From NCBI GenBank assembly GCA_964230645.1, contig CAXRHT010000001.1, forward strand, positions 512,001 through 576,000: 64,000 nucleotides of DNA. Direction: 5' to 3'. Position 1 is the first letter of the stretch. Every line of letters begins with the position of its first letter. The DNA is from Bdellovibrionales bacterium (GTDB lineage Bacteria; Bdellovibrionota; Bdellovibrionia; Bdellovibrionales; JAGQZY01). The notes beneath the pieces are model-generated. The model did no database searches and was not told the origin of the DNA. It saw only the letters and a list, made by a program, of their open reading frames with translations. The position numbers and the translations under genes were made by a program. Of this stretch, positions 1 to 9,434 are shown piece after piece.

Positions 1-1
1 T

Positions 2-1417
2 CTTGTGGTCGCAGGTGAATTCCCCTCTCGAATGTTTAAAAAGTCGCGATTTCAAAATCTTGATTACAACGTGGATTTTGACGCTCACTTTTTACGGTGG
101 ATGCTCTCTGATGGTGCGGGGAGTTGGGCATTGAGCAACAAACCAAGGCCTCATGGCTATTCTTTGAAGGTGAACTTTATACACACACAGTCTTTTAGTG
201 GTGATTACCCCGTCTGTATGTACATCGGCTCTCCCAAAGGAAAAGAAGACACCTCCTACTTAGATTACCCTTCTTTAGCCGACGCGGAAAAAGAGGGAGC
301 CTTTTATTTAAGGCAGGATATTAAACTTCTTCCTAATGTTTTTGAGGTGGGACTCACCGAATACATCAAATTGGTTAATAAAGGTGCTTTTAACTCCGAT
401 GAAATAGACCACTTCCTTTGTCATTACTCCTCTGAAAAATTTCGCTCAGTGGTGGGAGATCTTCTGGAAAAATCAGAATCGACCATTGATGAGAGCAAAT
501 GGTTCAGTAATCTCACTTATCAAGGTAATATGGGGTCAGCCTCCATTTTTGTTATGCTCGATGATTTTCTTGAGAAAAAATCAGACGAGCTAAAACCGGG
601 ACAAAAAGTTTTCTGCTTTGTTCCTGAATCGGGCAGGTTCAGTGTTTCCTTTATGATGCTCGAAGTGGTCGAGTGTCAGGAAACTCCTAAAAGCCTTTCC
701 CCTTCAGAAAGCTTTGCATTGCCTGAGTCCCCTTCAAAGGATCTTACAGCAAAAAATGAAAGGGCCGCCAAAGTCCTTCGCGATCTAAACGAAGTTTGGC
801 ACAACTACCGCTCCCAAGCTTGGCGCTCCGATTTTGTTTCTAAAATCAGGGATGGGCTTTTCACTCAAGAGGACTATACCAATTGGATGGAGAATTGGAT
901 CCCACAAGTGCGCGAGGGCTCTAAGTGGATGCGAGAAGCTGTCGCCAATGTGGAGGCCCCATTCCTAGAACTTAAAGAAATCATCGAAGAGCATGCTTCC
1001 GAAGAGCAAAACGACTGGAAGCTTCTTCACAAAGACTATCTCAATGCGGGTGGAGAAAAGAAAGACCCCGACCTTCTAAAAAGAAATGTGGGAGGCGAGG
1101 CGCTCAACTCTTTTATGCATCACCGAGCCACTTTCACTAACGCCATTGACCTGCTCGGTGGAATTTTTATTATCGAAGGAACAGGGCAAAAGATTATCCC
1201 TATGCTTTTGCCTTTGATGCGAAAAAGCACAGATCTTCCACCCGAGTGCTTTAAGTTTTTACATTACCATGGTCTCAATGATGAAGACCATCTCCTACGT
1301 TGGCTTTCAGCGATTGAGTACGTTTGTGAAAACGCCACGGACGAGCAACTTGAAAAAATTGTAGAGACGGCTCAAATTACTTCCGAACTTTACTTAATGC
1401 AACTGAATAGAATTTGA
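2..1417 (+). CDS. DarB/StlD-like 3-oxoacyl-ACP synthase III (C-terminal part) fused to a heme-oxygenase-like diiron oxidase domain; 5'-truncated by the window edge
   Basis: Frame is open from the window start. KAS III motifs FLRWMLSDGAG, CHYSS, GNMGSAS and PESGRFS. The C-terminal ~200 aa carry HDO-type ligand motifs HASEEQND, IIEGTG and FLHYHGLNDEDH. Confidence 0.8.
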   Translation, partial: LVVAGEFPSRMFKKSRFQNLDYNVDFDAHFLRWMLSDGAGSWALSNKPRPHGYSLKVNFIHTQSFSGDYPVCMYIGSPKGKEDTSYLDYPSLADAEKEGAFYLRQDIKLLPNVFEVGLTEYIKLVNKGAFNSDEIDHFLCHYSSEKFRSVVGDLLEKSESTIDESKWFSNLTYQGNMGSASIFVMLDDFLEKKSDELKPGQKVFCFVPESGRFSVSFMMLEVVECQETPKSLSPSESFALPESPSKDLTAKNERAAKVLRDLNEVWHNYRSQAWRSDFVSKIRDGLFTQEDYTNWMENWIPQVREGSKWMREAVANVEAPFLELKEIIEEHASEEQNDWKLLHKDYLNAGGEKKDPDLLKRNVGGEALNSFMHHRATFTNAIDLLGGIFIIEGTGQKIIPMLLPLMRKSTDLPPECFKFLHYHGLNDEDHLLRWLSAIEYVCENATDEQLEKIVETAQITSELYLMQLNRI

Positions 1418-1426
1418 TTGGGGACT

Positions 1427-2341
1427 ATGAAAAGAAGTACTGAGCCTGACTTTTTGGATTTCAAAAACTACAACCCAAAAGACCCTTCAGCCTGGGCCAC
1501 TTTATGGCTTGAGAAGTCCATTCCTATGGCCGATGAAGCCAAAAAAGCTCAGTTGATCAATCTAAATTCCTTCTCAAGGCGTTATCTTTTCCCTTTTGTT
1601 AAATGCTACGCCTTTGTTTTAAAGGTCCTAGTTTACTTGATTAAGTTTATTGTTCCTTTTCAATTTCGAGCTCCTAGACTATTGCACGCATTAATAAGCT
1701 ATGGCCTATACTGGTTTGTAAGTCCGCAGGCCAACTTGTTAATCCTGAGGCATTTTCACTTGGGAAGCCATATCCTCAAGTTTTTGTCTCAAAACTTAGA
1801 TTGTGAAGACTATCCGAGTGAACCCCTTTATCCGAAATCAGTGTGGGATATTCGCCCCAACATGATTCTTCAGCATGATATAAACCTCTTTAACTTTGTC
1901 ACCTATTGCAACCAAGAAGGAAGCTATCCTCAAAAAGGCACTCCTCTTGATTTCTCAGCGATTAAGCCTGCAGAGTTAACAATAAGTGATATGCCCCAAC
2001 ATTGGACCAATATTCTCGATGTGGAATCAGCCATTGAACTTGTCACACCCCTCTTTCAACTTCTTATAACAGAGGACGAATTTTGGCGGGCTTCGATCTC
2101 CCTGCAGCTTGACGAAACCATTGCCACCTACTTTTGTGAATTGGTGGATAATTTTGATCGCCTGGCATTTGTCATCAATAAACATCCCCTCTTTCCAAAC
2201 AGTACCCTTGAAGCCTCCACTCGTCTGGCTATACATGGTCTTTCCACAGAGATCCTTCACGAGACACTTATAAAAATGAAAGCGGCAAGCACGGACATCT
2301 CCATTGAAGCAAAAACAACACCCGATCGACTCAATCAGTGA
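1427..2341 (+). CDS. DUF6999-like protein of unknown function, His/Glu-rich and possibly metal-binding
   Basis: ATG lies 9 nt after the upstream stop. Motifs ILRHFH, HDINLFNF, SLQLDET and HGLSTEILHE resemble proteins recalled next to DarB-like/redox-enzyme fusions. Family name is from memory. Confidence 0.55.
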   Translation: MKRSTEPDFLDFKNYNPKDPSAWATLWLEKSIPMADEAKKAQLINLNSFSRRYLFPFVKCYAFVLKVLVYLIKFIVPFQFRAPRLLHALISYGLYWFVSPQANLLILRHFHLGSHILKFLSQNLDCEDYPSEPLYPKSVWDIRPNMILQHDINLFNFVTYCNQEGSYPQKGTPLDFSAIKPAELTISDMPQHWTNILDVESAIELVTPLFQLLITEDEFWRASISLQLDETIATYFCELVDNFDRLAFVINKHPLFPNSTLEASTRLAIHGLSTEILHETLIKMKAASTDISIEAKTTPDRLNQ

Positions 2342-4451
2342 TTGGCTCCTTAAACACAAAATAAAAATTTTCTATGGCTACCTTGCAATTGTCATTGCTC
2401 TACTCGGTTTTACCGCCAAGGTGCATTTTGTCGTTGAGATCGAAGAGATTATTGACTCAAATTTTAAATCTTACAATGAAGAGATTAAACTCTTTTCTGC
2501 AGAGAAAAATGTTTATTTGCTCTTATCAAATACCAAAGATCATTTTACCAACAAAGAGGTCTGCCAGATCAATGACTGGTGGGTGAAGCAGTTAAAGAAA
2601 AACAATGAGCTAGAATCCACTTTCGCTTCCTTTGAGGCGAGTAAATTTGGCTTAAGTAAAAATAATATCTCCATTAAAGAATACGTTAAATACAATTGTG
2701 ATGAATCAAAGTCCAATCAACCCGTCGATTTCAGTCAGATCGATACCTCTCCCTGGAGAGGCATTCTTCTGCCGGAAAACTCTAATAACGAAATTTTTAT
2801 AAGTTTTTCGTTTTTTCGCTTAGAGAGTCGTGGCCTTTTTGGCTTCTTTAATTGGGAAGCTGTGGGAGAGCTTTACGACTCTTTTGAAAAGTCTCCCATT
2901 GCTAAAAACGCTGAGGTAACCGCCACCTGGGGTGGACTTGGCGTTTATTTTTTCTATTTGGTCAAAGGCTATTTCTATTCCATGCTTCTCAACACTCTGA
3001 CGGTTCTTTTGGTTTGTGTGCTTTTAGCCTTTTGGTTTCGTTCGGCCCTTACGGGCGTTTTATTTTATATTCTATACCAATTGGTTCTTTTCCCTGTGCT
3101 CAGTATCATGGGAGCTTTTGGCTTTGATATGGACACGCTCTCAAACACTTTGCCCATAATGCTACTTTTAGCCTGTCTGCAAGATTTTATATTTATCTCA
3201 TACTTTTACAAAAAGGACCTCAGCGCCTTTAAAAAGCTTATGATCCCAGGCTTTTTTACCTCTCTCACAACGGCCGTTGGCTTTGGCTCTTTGATCGCTG
3301 CGGACTTAACCATAATTCGTCGCTTTGGACTCATCACGGGAATAGCTTCTCTGCTCGAATTCTTTGTTATGTTTTTTGTGTTCCCCGGCCTTCTGCAAAT
3401 AAAACTTTTCAAAAAATGGAATCCAATAGCTCTGGTAAGCTCACTCAAACCAAGAGCGCTCCTAGTCCCTAAACCTCTAGCCTATTTGCTCCTAGCACTT
3501 CCTCTGTTAGCGCTTACACAAATTGATAAACTCAATTTGGAAGACTACCCAGAGAACCTTTTCCCCAAAACACATCCCATTCAACAGGGTTCCCAGGTTT
3601 TTTTAAAGAAGTTTGGATGGATCTCCATTACCAATCTTCTTTATAAAGAAAAGTCTGCTGATTTTGTAAATCAAAAAGTACTGCCAAAGATTCTCGATAA
3701 CCCTATTGTATCTCGAGCGGAAAATTTTGATTCTATCGTCTCTGAGTTTTCTGATCCATCTGAACCAATGAATAAGGAGATCATGGCTTCTCTTTTTGAA
3801 GACACAGGCTACGCACGCAAACTCTTTCACCAATCTACGGATTGGAAGAGAAGTATTCTTTATTTAAATTCCTCAGTAAATAGTGATGTTACAAAACTTT
3901 GGAGGCAGGTTAAAGACTTATGCAAAAACAAGTGTCAATTGGTGGGTGACCTGGTCAGTTACACTGAGTTTTCAAACAGAGTTATCACAGGCTTTCATAA
4001 AAGCATTTTAACAAGCTTAGCCCTTATTTGTTTGATTATCTTCTCGCTTTGTCTTTATCGTAGAGAACCCCGGACAGTGAGCCTTCTTTTTTGCAGTCTC
4101 TGGGGGCCTCTAATGCTTTTAAGTCTTTTTGTCGTCCTACAAATCCCCGTTTTTTTTGTAACAAGTATTGTGGTTTCCATCGTTGCAGGACTCACAGGCG
4201 ACAACGCCCTTTTCTTTCTTCTTTCCGATTCCAAAAAAGAAGCCAGCGAACAGGCTAAACGAATCTCAACGATCTCAACGACCGTCGTTGTTTTTTACCT
4301 CATCACCCTTTCCACTCTTTTATTCTCCTATTTCGGTGCACTTAGAACCCTCAGTGCCCTTTTACTTGCCGGCCTGATCTTCTCCCTATTTGGGGACATC
4401 AGCCTCTTTCTCTCCCTCAAACACCAAAAGGTACCTGCTTCCCAAAGGTAG
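2304..4451 (+). CDS. MMPL/RND-family lipid exporter
   Basis: 715 aa with two repeats of (TM, large soluble loop, TM bundle). Motifs FTSLTTAVGFGSL and GLTGDNALF. Overlaps the upstream gene. Confidence 0.75.
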   Translation: MKQKQHPIDSISDWLLKHKIKIFYGYLAIVIALLGFTAKVHFVVEIEEIIDSNFKSYNEEIKLFSAEKNVYLLLSNTKDHFTNKEVCQINDWWVKQLKKNNELESTFASFEASKFGLSKNNISIKEYVKYNCDESKSNQPVDFSQIDTSPWRGILLPENSNNEIFISFSFFRLESRGLFGFFNWEAVGELYDSFEKSPIAKNAEVTATWGGLGVYFFYLVKGYFYSMLLNTLTVLLVCVLLAFWFRSALTGVLFYILYQLVLFPVLSIMGAFGFDMDTLSNTLPIMLLLACLQDFIFISYFYKKDLSAFKKLMIPGFFTSLTTAVGFGSLIAADLTIIRRFGLITGIASLLEFFVMFFVFPGLLQIKLFKKWNPIALVSSLKPRALLVPKPLAYLLLALPLLALTQIDKLNLEDYPENLFPKTHPIQQGSQVFLKKFGWISITNLLYKEKSADFVNQKVLPKILDNPIVSRAENFDSIVSEFSDPSEPMNKEIMASLFEDTGYARKLFHQSTDWKRSILYLNSSVNSDVTKLWRQVKDLCKNKCQLVGDLVSYTEFSNRVITGFHKSILTSLALICLIIFSLCLYRREPRTVSLLFCSLWGPLMLLSLFVVLQIPVFFVTSIVVSIVAGLTGDNALFFLLSDSKKEASEQAKRISTISTTVVVFYLITLSTLLFSYFGALRTLSALLLAGLIFSLFGDISLFLSLKHQKVPASQR

Positions 4452-4611
4452 CGATAGCGCGTCACCCAGTGGTACCTGCGTTCCGATGGTAGCAATAGTG
4501 CGTAAACAAGAAGTGGAATTGGCGATTTCCATGAAAACCTGTAAACTACAGGATAGCCACCAACCACCAATCGGTGACGCGCTATCGCTACCTTTGGGAA
4601 GCAGGTACCTT
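4428..4611. repeat. REP-like element: perfect 39-bp inverted repeat (4428-4466 / 4573-4611) with a degenerate direct copy at 4471-4507
   Basis: AAGGTACCTGCTTCCCAAAGGTAGCGATAGCGCGTCACC and its exact reverse complement lie between two convergent genes. Confidence 0.9.
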
Positions 4612-4626
4612 AGGGTGACGCGGGGT

Positions 4627-7170
4627 TTAGCGGGAGAAAAGGGATTGGGTGGATTGTTTTAAGGAGCGACTAATTGCTAGGCCCGTTACAATCTTGGTAA
4701 TAAAGAGAGCTCCAAGAATAGAAGCCAGCGGAATCTTCCAAGCAAATATCCATAAACTCTCGAAAAGGTAGCTTGAAAAAATCCAACTCATGATGAGACT
4801 CAAGATAGCACCTAACATCATCGCGAAAAAACAGATCAGTAAAAATTGATACATAAACTGATAACGGATCACTTGAAAGTCTGCTCCCACGGCTTTTAAA
4901 AGCCCTATTTCCCAAATCCTAGCTCGGGCCTGGTGGTTGGCCATAGAGTAAATGACGACGAATCCTGATATCAAAGAAAGAAGAGTCATAAAGCCAAGGG
5001 CCCAAGACATTTGCAAAATCACCTCGTTGATCCTTTCTACTATCCTTGAGACATCAACCATTGAGACATTGGGAAGTTGTTCGACCAATTCATCTTGGAG
5101 CTTATGTTTTCTCTCAAGTTTTAAGCTTGGAATGGTTGCAATAAATGTTTTAGGAGCCATCTCCAAAACCCCTGGTTGGAAAATAACGAAGAAATTCGGT
5201 TGAAAGGAGGTCCACTCTACTTTGCGCAGGTTTACAATTTTTCCCTTAACCGGCACTCCCTCGATTTCAAAAGTTAGCTTGTCTCCTAGCTTAAAATTCA
5301 AACGATCAGCAAAACGAGTCTCCATGGAGATTTGAGCGATTTTATCACGCTCTTCCTTAAAGGGACCGGGAAACTTCGTTCCTTCTAGTAAACGTTCGGC
5401 CTTAGAGAAGTCTTTTCTATAGGAAAGGTTAAAACCTCGATTTCTAAAGCGCATTTCACGCTCTTCTTCCCTGGTTAAGCTTTTTCCAACACCTTTACCT
5501 TTATCAAAGCCTTCACCGTTCACCTCTACAAGTCTTGCTCTTACTGTGGGAGAAATTTGATCAAGATCCACATCTTGCTTTTTTAGAATAGCTTTCAAAG
5601 GCTCCACTTGTTCTTCCTGAATATCAAAAAGAAAAAGACTAGGGAGCTTGGATTCGTCGGGACGATCAAGCTCGGTTGCCAAGGTTTTTTGAATTTGGGG
5701 AATCAGGTTTAAAAGAAGAGAACAGAGTCCAATTGTCACAAAGGTTACCATTGTTGTGGTCTTAAGACGGGAGAGATCTCGAATGGCCCACTTGAGAGAG
5801 AGATTTTTAGAAAAACTCAATTTCTCTAAAAAGAAGAATATGACAATGGAGAGCCCAGCAAGAATGAGACAAGAAAGGAAGAAGAGACCTGTGAAAAGAC
5901 TCCCCACTTGTAAGGATTGCGACAGCCAAAGAGCCATACCAAAGAAAAAACCTAATGCAGGTAGGAAGGAGAGTAAAAATAGCGGATCTCTTTTTTTGGT
6001 CTTAGCTCTTTCATCGCGAACGAGCATCGAAATTTTAATTGAGCGAAGCCCGACTAGAAGAGGCAGAACAATCAGTAAGCTTCCCACCACGGCAACAGCC
6101 ACTGCGATAAGAATGGTTTTGATTGTGATGGCATACTGAATGTCGAAAGGGAACAAATCTTTCGTTAGATTTCCAAGACCGGGCACAATTATGAAAGATA
6201 ACACAATAGCTAAAAGACTACTGAGAAAACCTAACACGACCACTTGCAAGAGGTAAAAAATAAAGGTCTGATACCTCTGTGCGCCCAGGCTCATTAGTAT
6301 CGCAATGGAAGTCCTATTTTTCTGCAGATAAGATCGGAAAAGAAATGTGGCTCCCACTGAAGCTAGAAATAAGGCCACTAGTGATGCTAATCCTAAAAAA
6401 TCATTGAGGCGTGACAGGAGTCCTGACATCTGTCGGCTGGCATTTTTATGAGTGAAAACTCGTACCTCGGCCTCCTCCACGGCCTCAAAAACCTGATCTT
6501 TTATGTCATCAAGATCCTGCTCTTCCACACCAGGAGTTTTAAAAACAACAGAATGCCAGGCTATGGAGCCTTCCCTAAGCAGGTTTGTCTTTTTAAGAAA
6601 ACGATGGTGAAGATAAATCCTTGGCGCCATATTTGTTGAGATACCGGCCGCAGCGTCCTCTTTGATGACTCCTGCAATCTCAAAGTCCATCTCACCAATT
6701 TTTAAGCGGTCCCCGGTCTTAACATCAAGCTGCCGAATTAACTCTGGGTAAATCCATATTTTAGGATCTTGTTTTTCAAGTTCAATATTTAGCTGGGTGC
6801 CATCTTCTAAAAGAATTTCTCCGTAGAAAGGATAACCTTTTTGAATAGCCTTGAGTTGAACAAGTCTAGAAGATTTTTCTTTATTAGCCACCATGGAGAC
6901 CATTTCGACCATGGTGGTTTGTTTGAAGTCATCCCCCAACATTTCTTGAGCGGTGGCGATCTCCTCATCTTTAATGGGTCTGCGGGCTGACATTCCAAAA
7001 TCGGCCCCAAGGACGGCTTTTGAGCGCTTGTTGATAGTTTCTCGAATCGACTCTTTAAAGCCATCAAGAGCGACAAAGCCCGCCAGTCCCAACCCTAGAT
7101 TCAAAATAAAGAGAAGACAAAAAGCCTTGTTGTTAAAAAGTTCCCGTAGACTGAGGCGATAAAGTTTCAT
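4627..7170 (-). CDS. ABC transporter permease, YbbP/FtsX-like
   Basis: 847 aa with two FtsX-like TM domains. Motifs LGADF, GYPFYG, LFLFDIQ and WTSFQPNFF. Confidence 0.85.
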   Translation of the reverse strand: MKLYRLSLRELFNNKAFCLLFILNLGLGLAGFVALDGFKESIRETINKRSKAVLGADFGMSARRPIKDEEIATAQEMLGDDFKQTTMVEMVSMVANKEKSSRLVQLKAIQKGYPFYGEILLEDGTQLNIELEKQDPKIWIYPELIRQLDVKTGDRLKIGEMDFEIAGVIKEDAAAGISTNMAPRIYLHHRFLKKTNLLREGSIAWHSVVFKTPGVEEQDLDDIKDQVFEAVEEAEVRVFTHKNASRQMSGLLSRLNDFLGLASLVALFLASVGATFLFRSYLQKNRTSIAILMSLGAQRYQTFIFYLLQVVVLGFLSSLLAIVLSFIIVPGLGNLTKDLFPFDIQYAITIKTILIAVAVAVVGSLLIVLPLLVGLRSIKISMLVRDERAKTKKRDPLFLLSFLPALGFFFGMALWLSQSLQVGSLFTGLFFLSCLILAGLSIVIFFFLEKLSFSKNLSLKWAIRDLSRLKTTTMVTFVTIGLCSLLLNLIPQIQKTLATELDRPDESKLPSLFLFDIQEEQVEPLKAILKKQDVDLDQISPTVRARLVEVNGEGFDKGKGVGKSLTREEEREMRFRNRGFNLSYRKDFSKAERLLEGTKFPGPFKEERDKIAQISMETRFADRLNFKLGDKLTFEIEGVPVKGKIVNLRKVEWTSFQPNFFVIFQPGVLEMAPKTFIATIPSLKLERKHKLQDELVEQLPNVSMVDVSRIVERINEVILQMSWALGFMTLLSLISGFVVIYSMANHQARARIWEIGLLKAVGADFQVIRYQFMYQFLLICFFAMMLGAILSLIMSWIFSSYLFESLWIFAWKIPLASILGALFITKIVTGLAISRSLKQSTQSLFSR

Positions 7171-7826
7171 TGTTTCTTGCCACCGACGAGGTGAATTTGA
7201 GACTCACAACGGGCCGCTAACTTTGAATCGTGAGTAATGAGTAATAACGTCATTTCATTTTTTTTCACCAATTCAAAGAGAAGATCCATGACTTTTTTAC
7301 CGGTGTCAGTATCAAGATTTCCGCTGGGCTCATCGGCGAAAATAAAAGGAGGATTCACACTCAAGGCTCTCGCGATCGCCACTCTTTGACACTCTCCTCC
7401 ACTCAATTGACTGGGCTTATGCTCCATACGGTCACCGAGTCCAACCTGCTCTAAAACTTCGGTCGCTCTTTGAGTGGCATTGGAATGGTTTTGAAGTTCT
7501 AAAGGAAGGCTCACGTTTTCCAAGGCCGTAAGATGAGGCATTAAATAAAAACTTTGAAAAACAATTCCAATGTTCTTACCACGAAATTCTGTCCACTGTT
7601 TCTCCGATAAATCTTGAACGGCTTGATCTTTAAAGAGAATCTGACCTTGATCCGCTTGATCGAGGCCTGCGAGCAGAGTCAATAGAGTTGTTTTTCCGCT
7701 CCCTGACGGGCCAACCACAGATAGACTGCCCCCTGTTTTTAACTCGAAACTGAGTTCATCAAGAGCCTTAATGGGAGTTTTCCCTTGCTGATAGGTTTTG
7801 GAGAGATTCTTCACAACTAAACTCAT
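7167..7826 (-). CDS. ABC transporter ATP-binding protein, YbbA/LolD-like
   Basis: Walker A GPSGSGKT, signature LSGGECQR, ADEPSGNLD, H-loop ITHD. 4-nt overlap with the permease. Confidence 0.9.
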   Translation of the reverse strand: MSLVVKNLSKTYQQGKTPIKALDELSFELKTGGSLSVVGPSGSGKTTLLTLLAGLDQADQGQILFKDQAVQDLSEKQWTEFRGKNIGIVFQSFYLMPHLTALENVSLPLELQNHSNATQRATEVLEQVGLGDRMEHKPSQLSGGECQRVAIARALSVNPPFIFADEPSGNLDTDTGKKVMDLLFELVKKNEMTLLLITHDSKLAARCESQIHLVGGKKQ

Positions 7827-8440
7827 AAATCGCCCTTCAATGCATTAAAAACAGTTTGGGCCACAATTTTATGCCCTTTTTCATTTGGATGAATGCCATC
7901 GGCGAGATTAAGCTCAGGCCGCCCTCCCACACCTTTGAGTAGAAAAGGAATAAATTTAACCCCTTTTTCTTTAGCCAAATCTTTAAACAAAGACTTGAAC
8001 TCGGTTCGATATTTTTTTCCATAATTGGTGGGCAGAAGCATTCCCGCTAAATAGACCTTGATGCCTTTTTCTTTGGCTAAATCTATAGCTTCACTGAGAT
8101 TTTTCTTAGTGGACTCCAGCTTCACTCCTCTTAAACCATCGTTCGCACCTAGAGCTAGAACAAGATGAGTGGGTTTTGCTTTTAAATGCCATTTCAATCG
8201 AGAGATGGCACTTGCAGAGGTGGATCCACTACTACCAGCTCCTATAACCTTAACCTCGGGGTGATCCTTTTCTAAAAGTTTTTGCAACTGCGAGGGATAG
8301 GCCGCCTCTTTTGAAACTCCGTAACCGGCTGTGAGCGAGTCTCCAACAATTAAAATCTTTTTTTCTTTCTCCTGGCTCCACAGACTCGTGGTGAAAACCA
8401 AGCAAAGGCTGACTATATTAATTAACATAACCCCTATCAT
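7823..8440 (-). CDS. tesA: Arylesterase / acyl-CoA thioesterase I (SGNH/GDSL hydrolase), exported
   Basis: GDSLTAGYG, LGANDGLRG and DGIHPN motifs, signal peptide, next to ybbA/ybbP-like genes. Confidence 0.85.
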   Translation of the reverse strand: MIGVMLINIVSLCLVFTTSLWSQEKEKKILIVGDSLTAGYGVSKEAAYPSQLQKLLEKDHPEVKVIGAGSSGSTSASAISRLKWHLKAKPTHLVLALGANDGLRGVKLESTKKNLSEAIDLAKEKGIKVYLAGMLLPTNYGKKYRTEFKSLFKDLAKEKGVKFIPFLLKGVGGRPELNLADGIHPNEKGHKIVAQTVFNALKGDL

Positions 8441-8567
8441 AAAGCCTCCACCCTTGAGGGTCCACCTCGAAAGAAGAACTTCTCTTCCGAGTGGAGAATG
8501 TCGCTACTTGAAATGACAGGTCGAACACTTCAAGCTAGCCTCTTAGTGTTTTAGAAAAGGAGGCTCT

Positions 8568-9434
8568 ATGTCACGCAATGTGCAATTTTCCATCAAAGGA
8601 CCTGAAAAAAGCTTGGGGGATCACTTCATTGTCCGACGCTCGCTCCCCTCGAAGAGCCAAAGACTGGTTGGGCCTTTCATTTTTTGGGATCATATGGGGC
8701 CTGTCACTCTTGATAAAGAAAAACCTCTAGTGGTTAGAGCCCACCCTCACATCGGACTTTCAACCATTACCTATCTCTTTAAGGGTGAAATCACTCATCG
8801 TGATTCCTTAGGCAATGAAATTGTTATTAAACCGGGTGAGGTCAACTGGATGACTGCTGGCCGCGGGATCACTCACAGTGAAAGGTCCCACCCGGAAAAT
8901 CCAACGGAGTTAGAGGGAATCCAGCTTTGGGTAGCTTTACCGAAGGAATTTGAAGAGGTGGAAGAGAGTTTCACTCATTATCAAGAAGCTCAACTTCCGA
9001 AAATAAAACACGAAAACTTTGAACTAACACTGATTGCTGGTGGAGCTTTTGGTCAAAAGTCTCCCCTGCCTGTCTATTCAAAACTCTTTTATCTCAACGG
9101 CACAGGTTCAGGGGGAGGGCATTTAAATTTCCCAGTGGAAGAGCAGCAGCAAGGAGCGGTCTATGTCATTGATGGCGAGATCAGCGTTGAGGGTGCAACA
9201 TACGACAAGTTTTCAATGGTTGTTTTTAATAAGGGACAGGATATTCAGTTTGAAACTTTGGAGGACTGCCACTTTATGCTTCTCGGAGGAGACACTTTTG
9301 AAAAAGACCCCCACATATGGTGGAACTTTGTGAGTCATGACAAAGACAAAATCGAAAAAGCGAAGAAAAGGTGGACTTCAGGTGATTTCCCTAAAGTCCA
9401 CAATGAATCGGAATCGACACCTCTACCCGATTAA
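8568..9434 (+). CDS. Pirin family protein
   Basis: GPFIFWDHMGP, HPHIGLSTITYL, HRDSLG and WMTAGRGITHSE motifs. AGGAGG RBS. Confidence 0.92.
   Translation: MSRNVQFSIKGPEKSLGDHFIVRRSLPSKSQRLVGPFIFWDHMGPVTLDKEKPLVVRAHPHIGLSTITYLFKGEITHRDSLGNEIVIKPGEVNWMTAGRGITHSERSHPENPTELEGIQLWVALPKEFEEVEESFTHYQEAQLPKIKHENFELTLIAGGAFGQKSPLPVYSKLFYLNGTGSGGGHLNFPVEEQQQGAVYVIDGEISVEGATYDKFSMVVFNKGQDIQFETLEDCHFMLLGGDTFEKDPHIWWNFVSHDKDKIEKAKKRWTSGDFPKVHNESESTPLPD

Noticed and set aside
4328..4662. Short ORFs 4390-4662 (+) and 4328-4570 (-)
   Set aside because: They are translations of the inverted-repeat element and overlap real genes.
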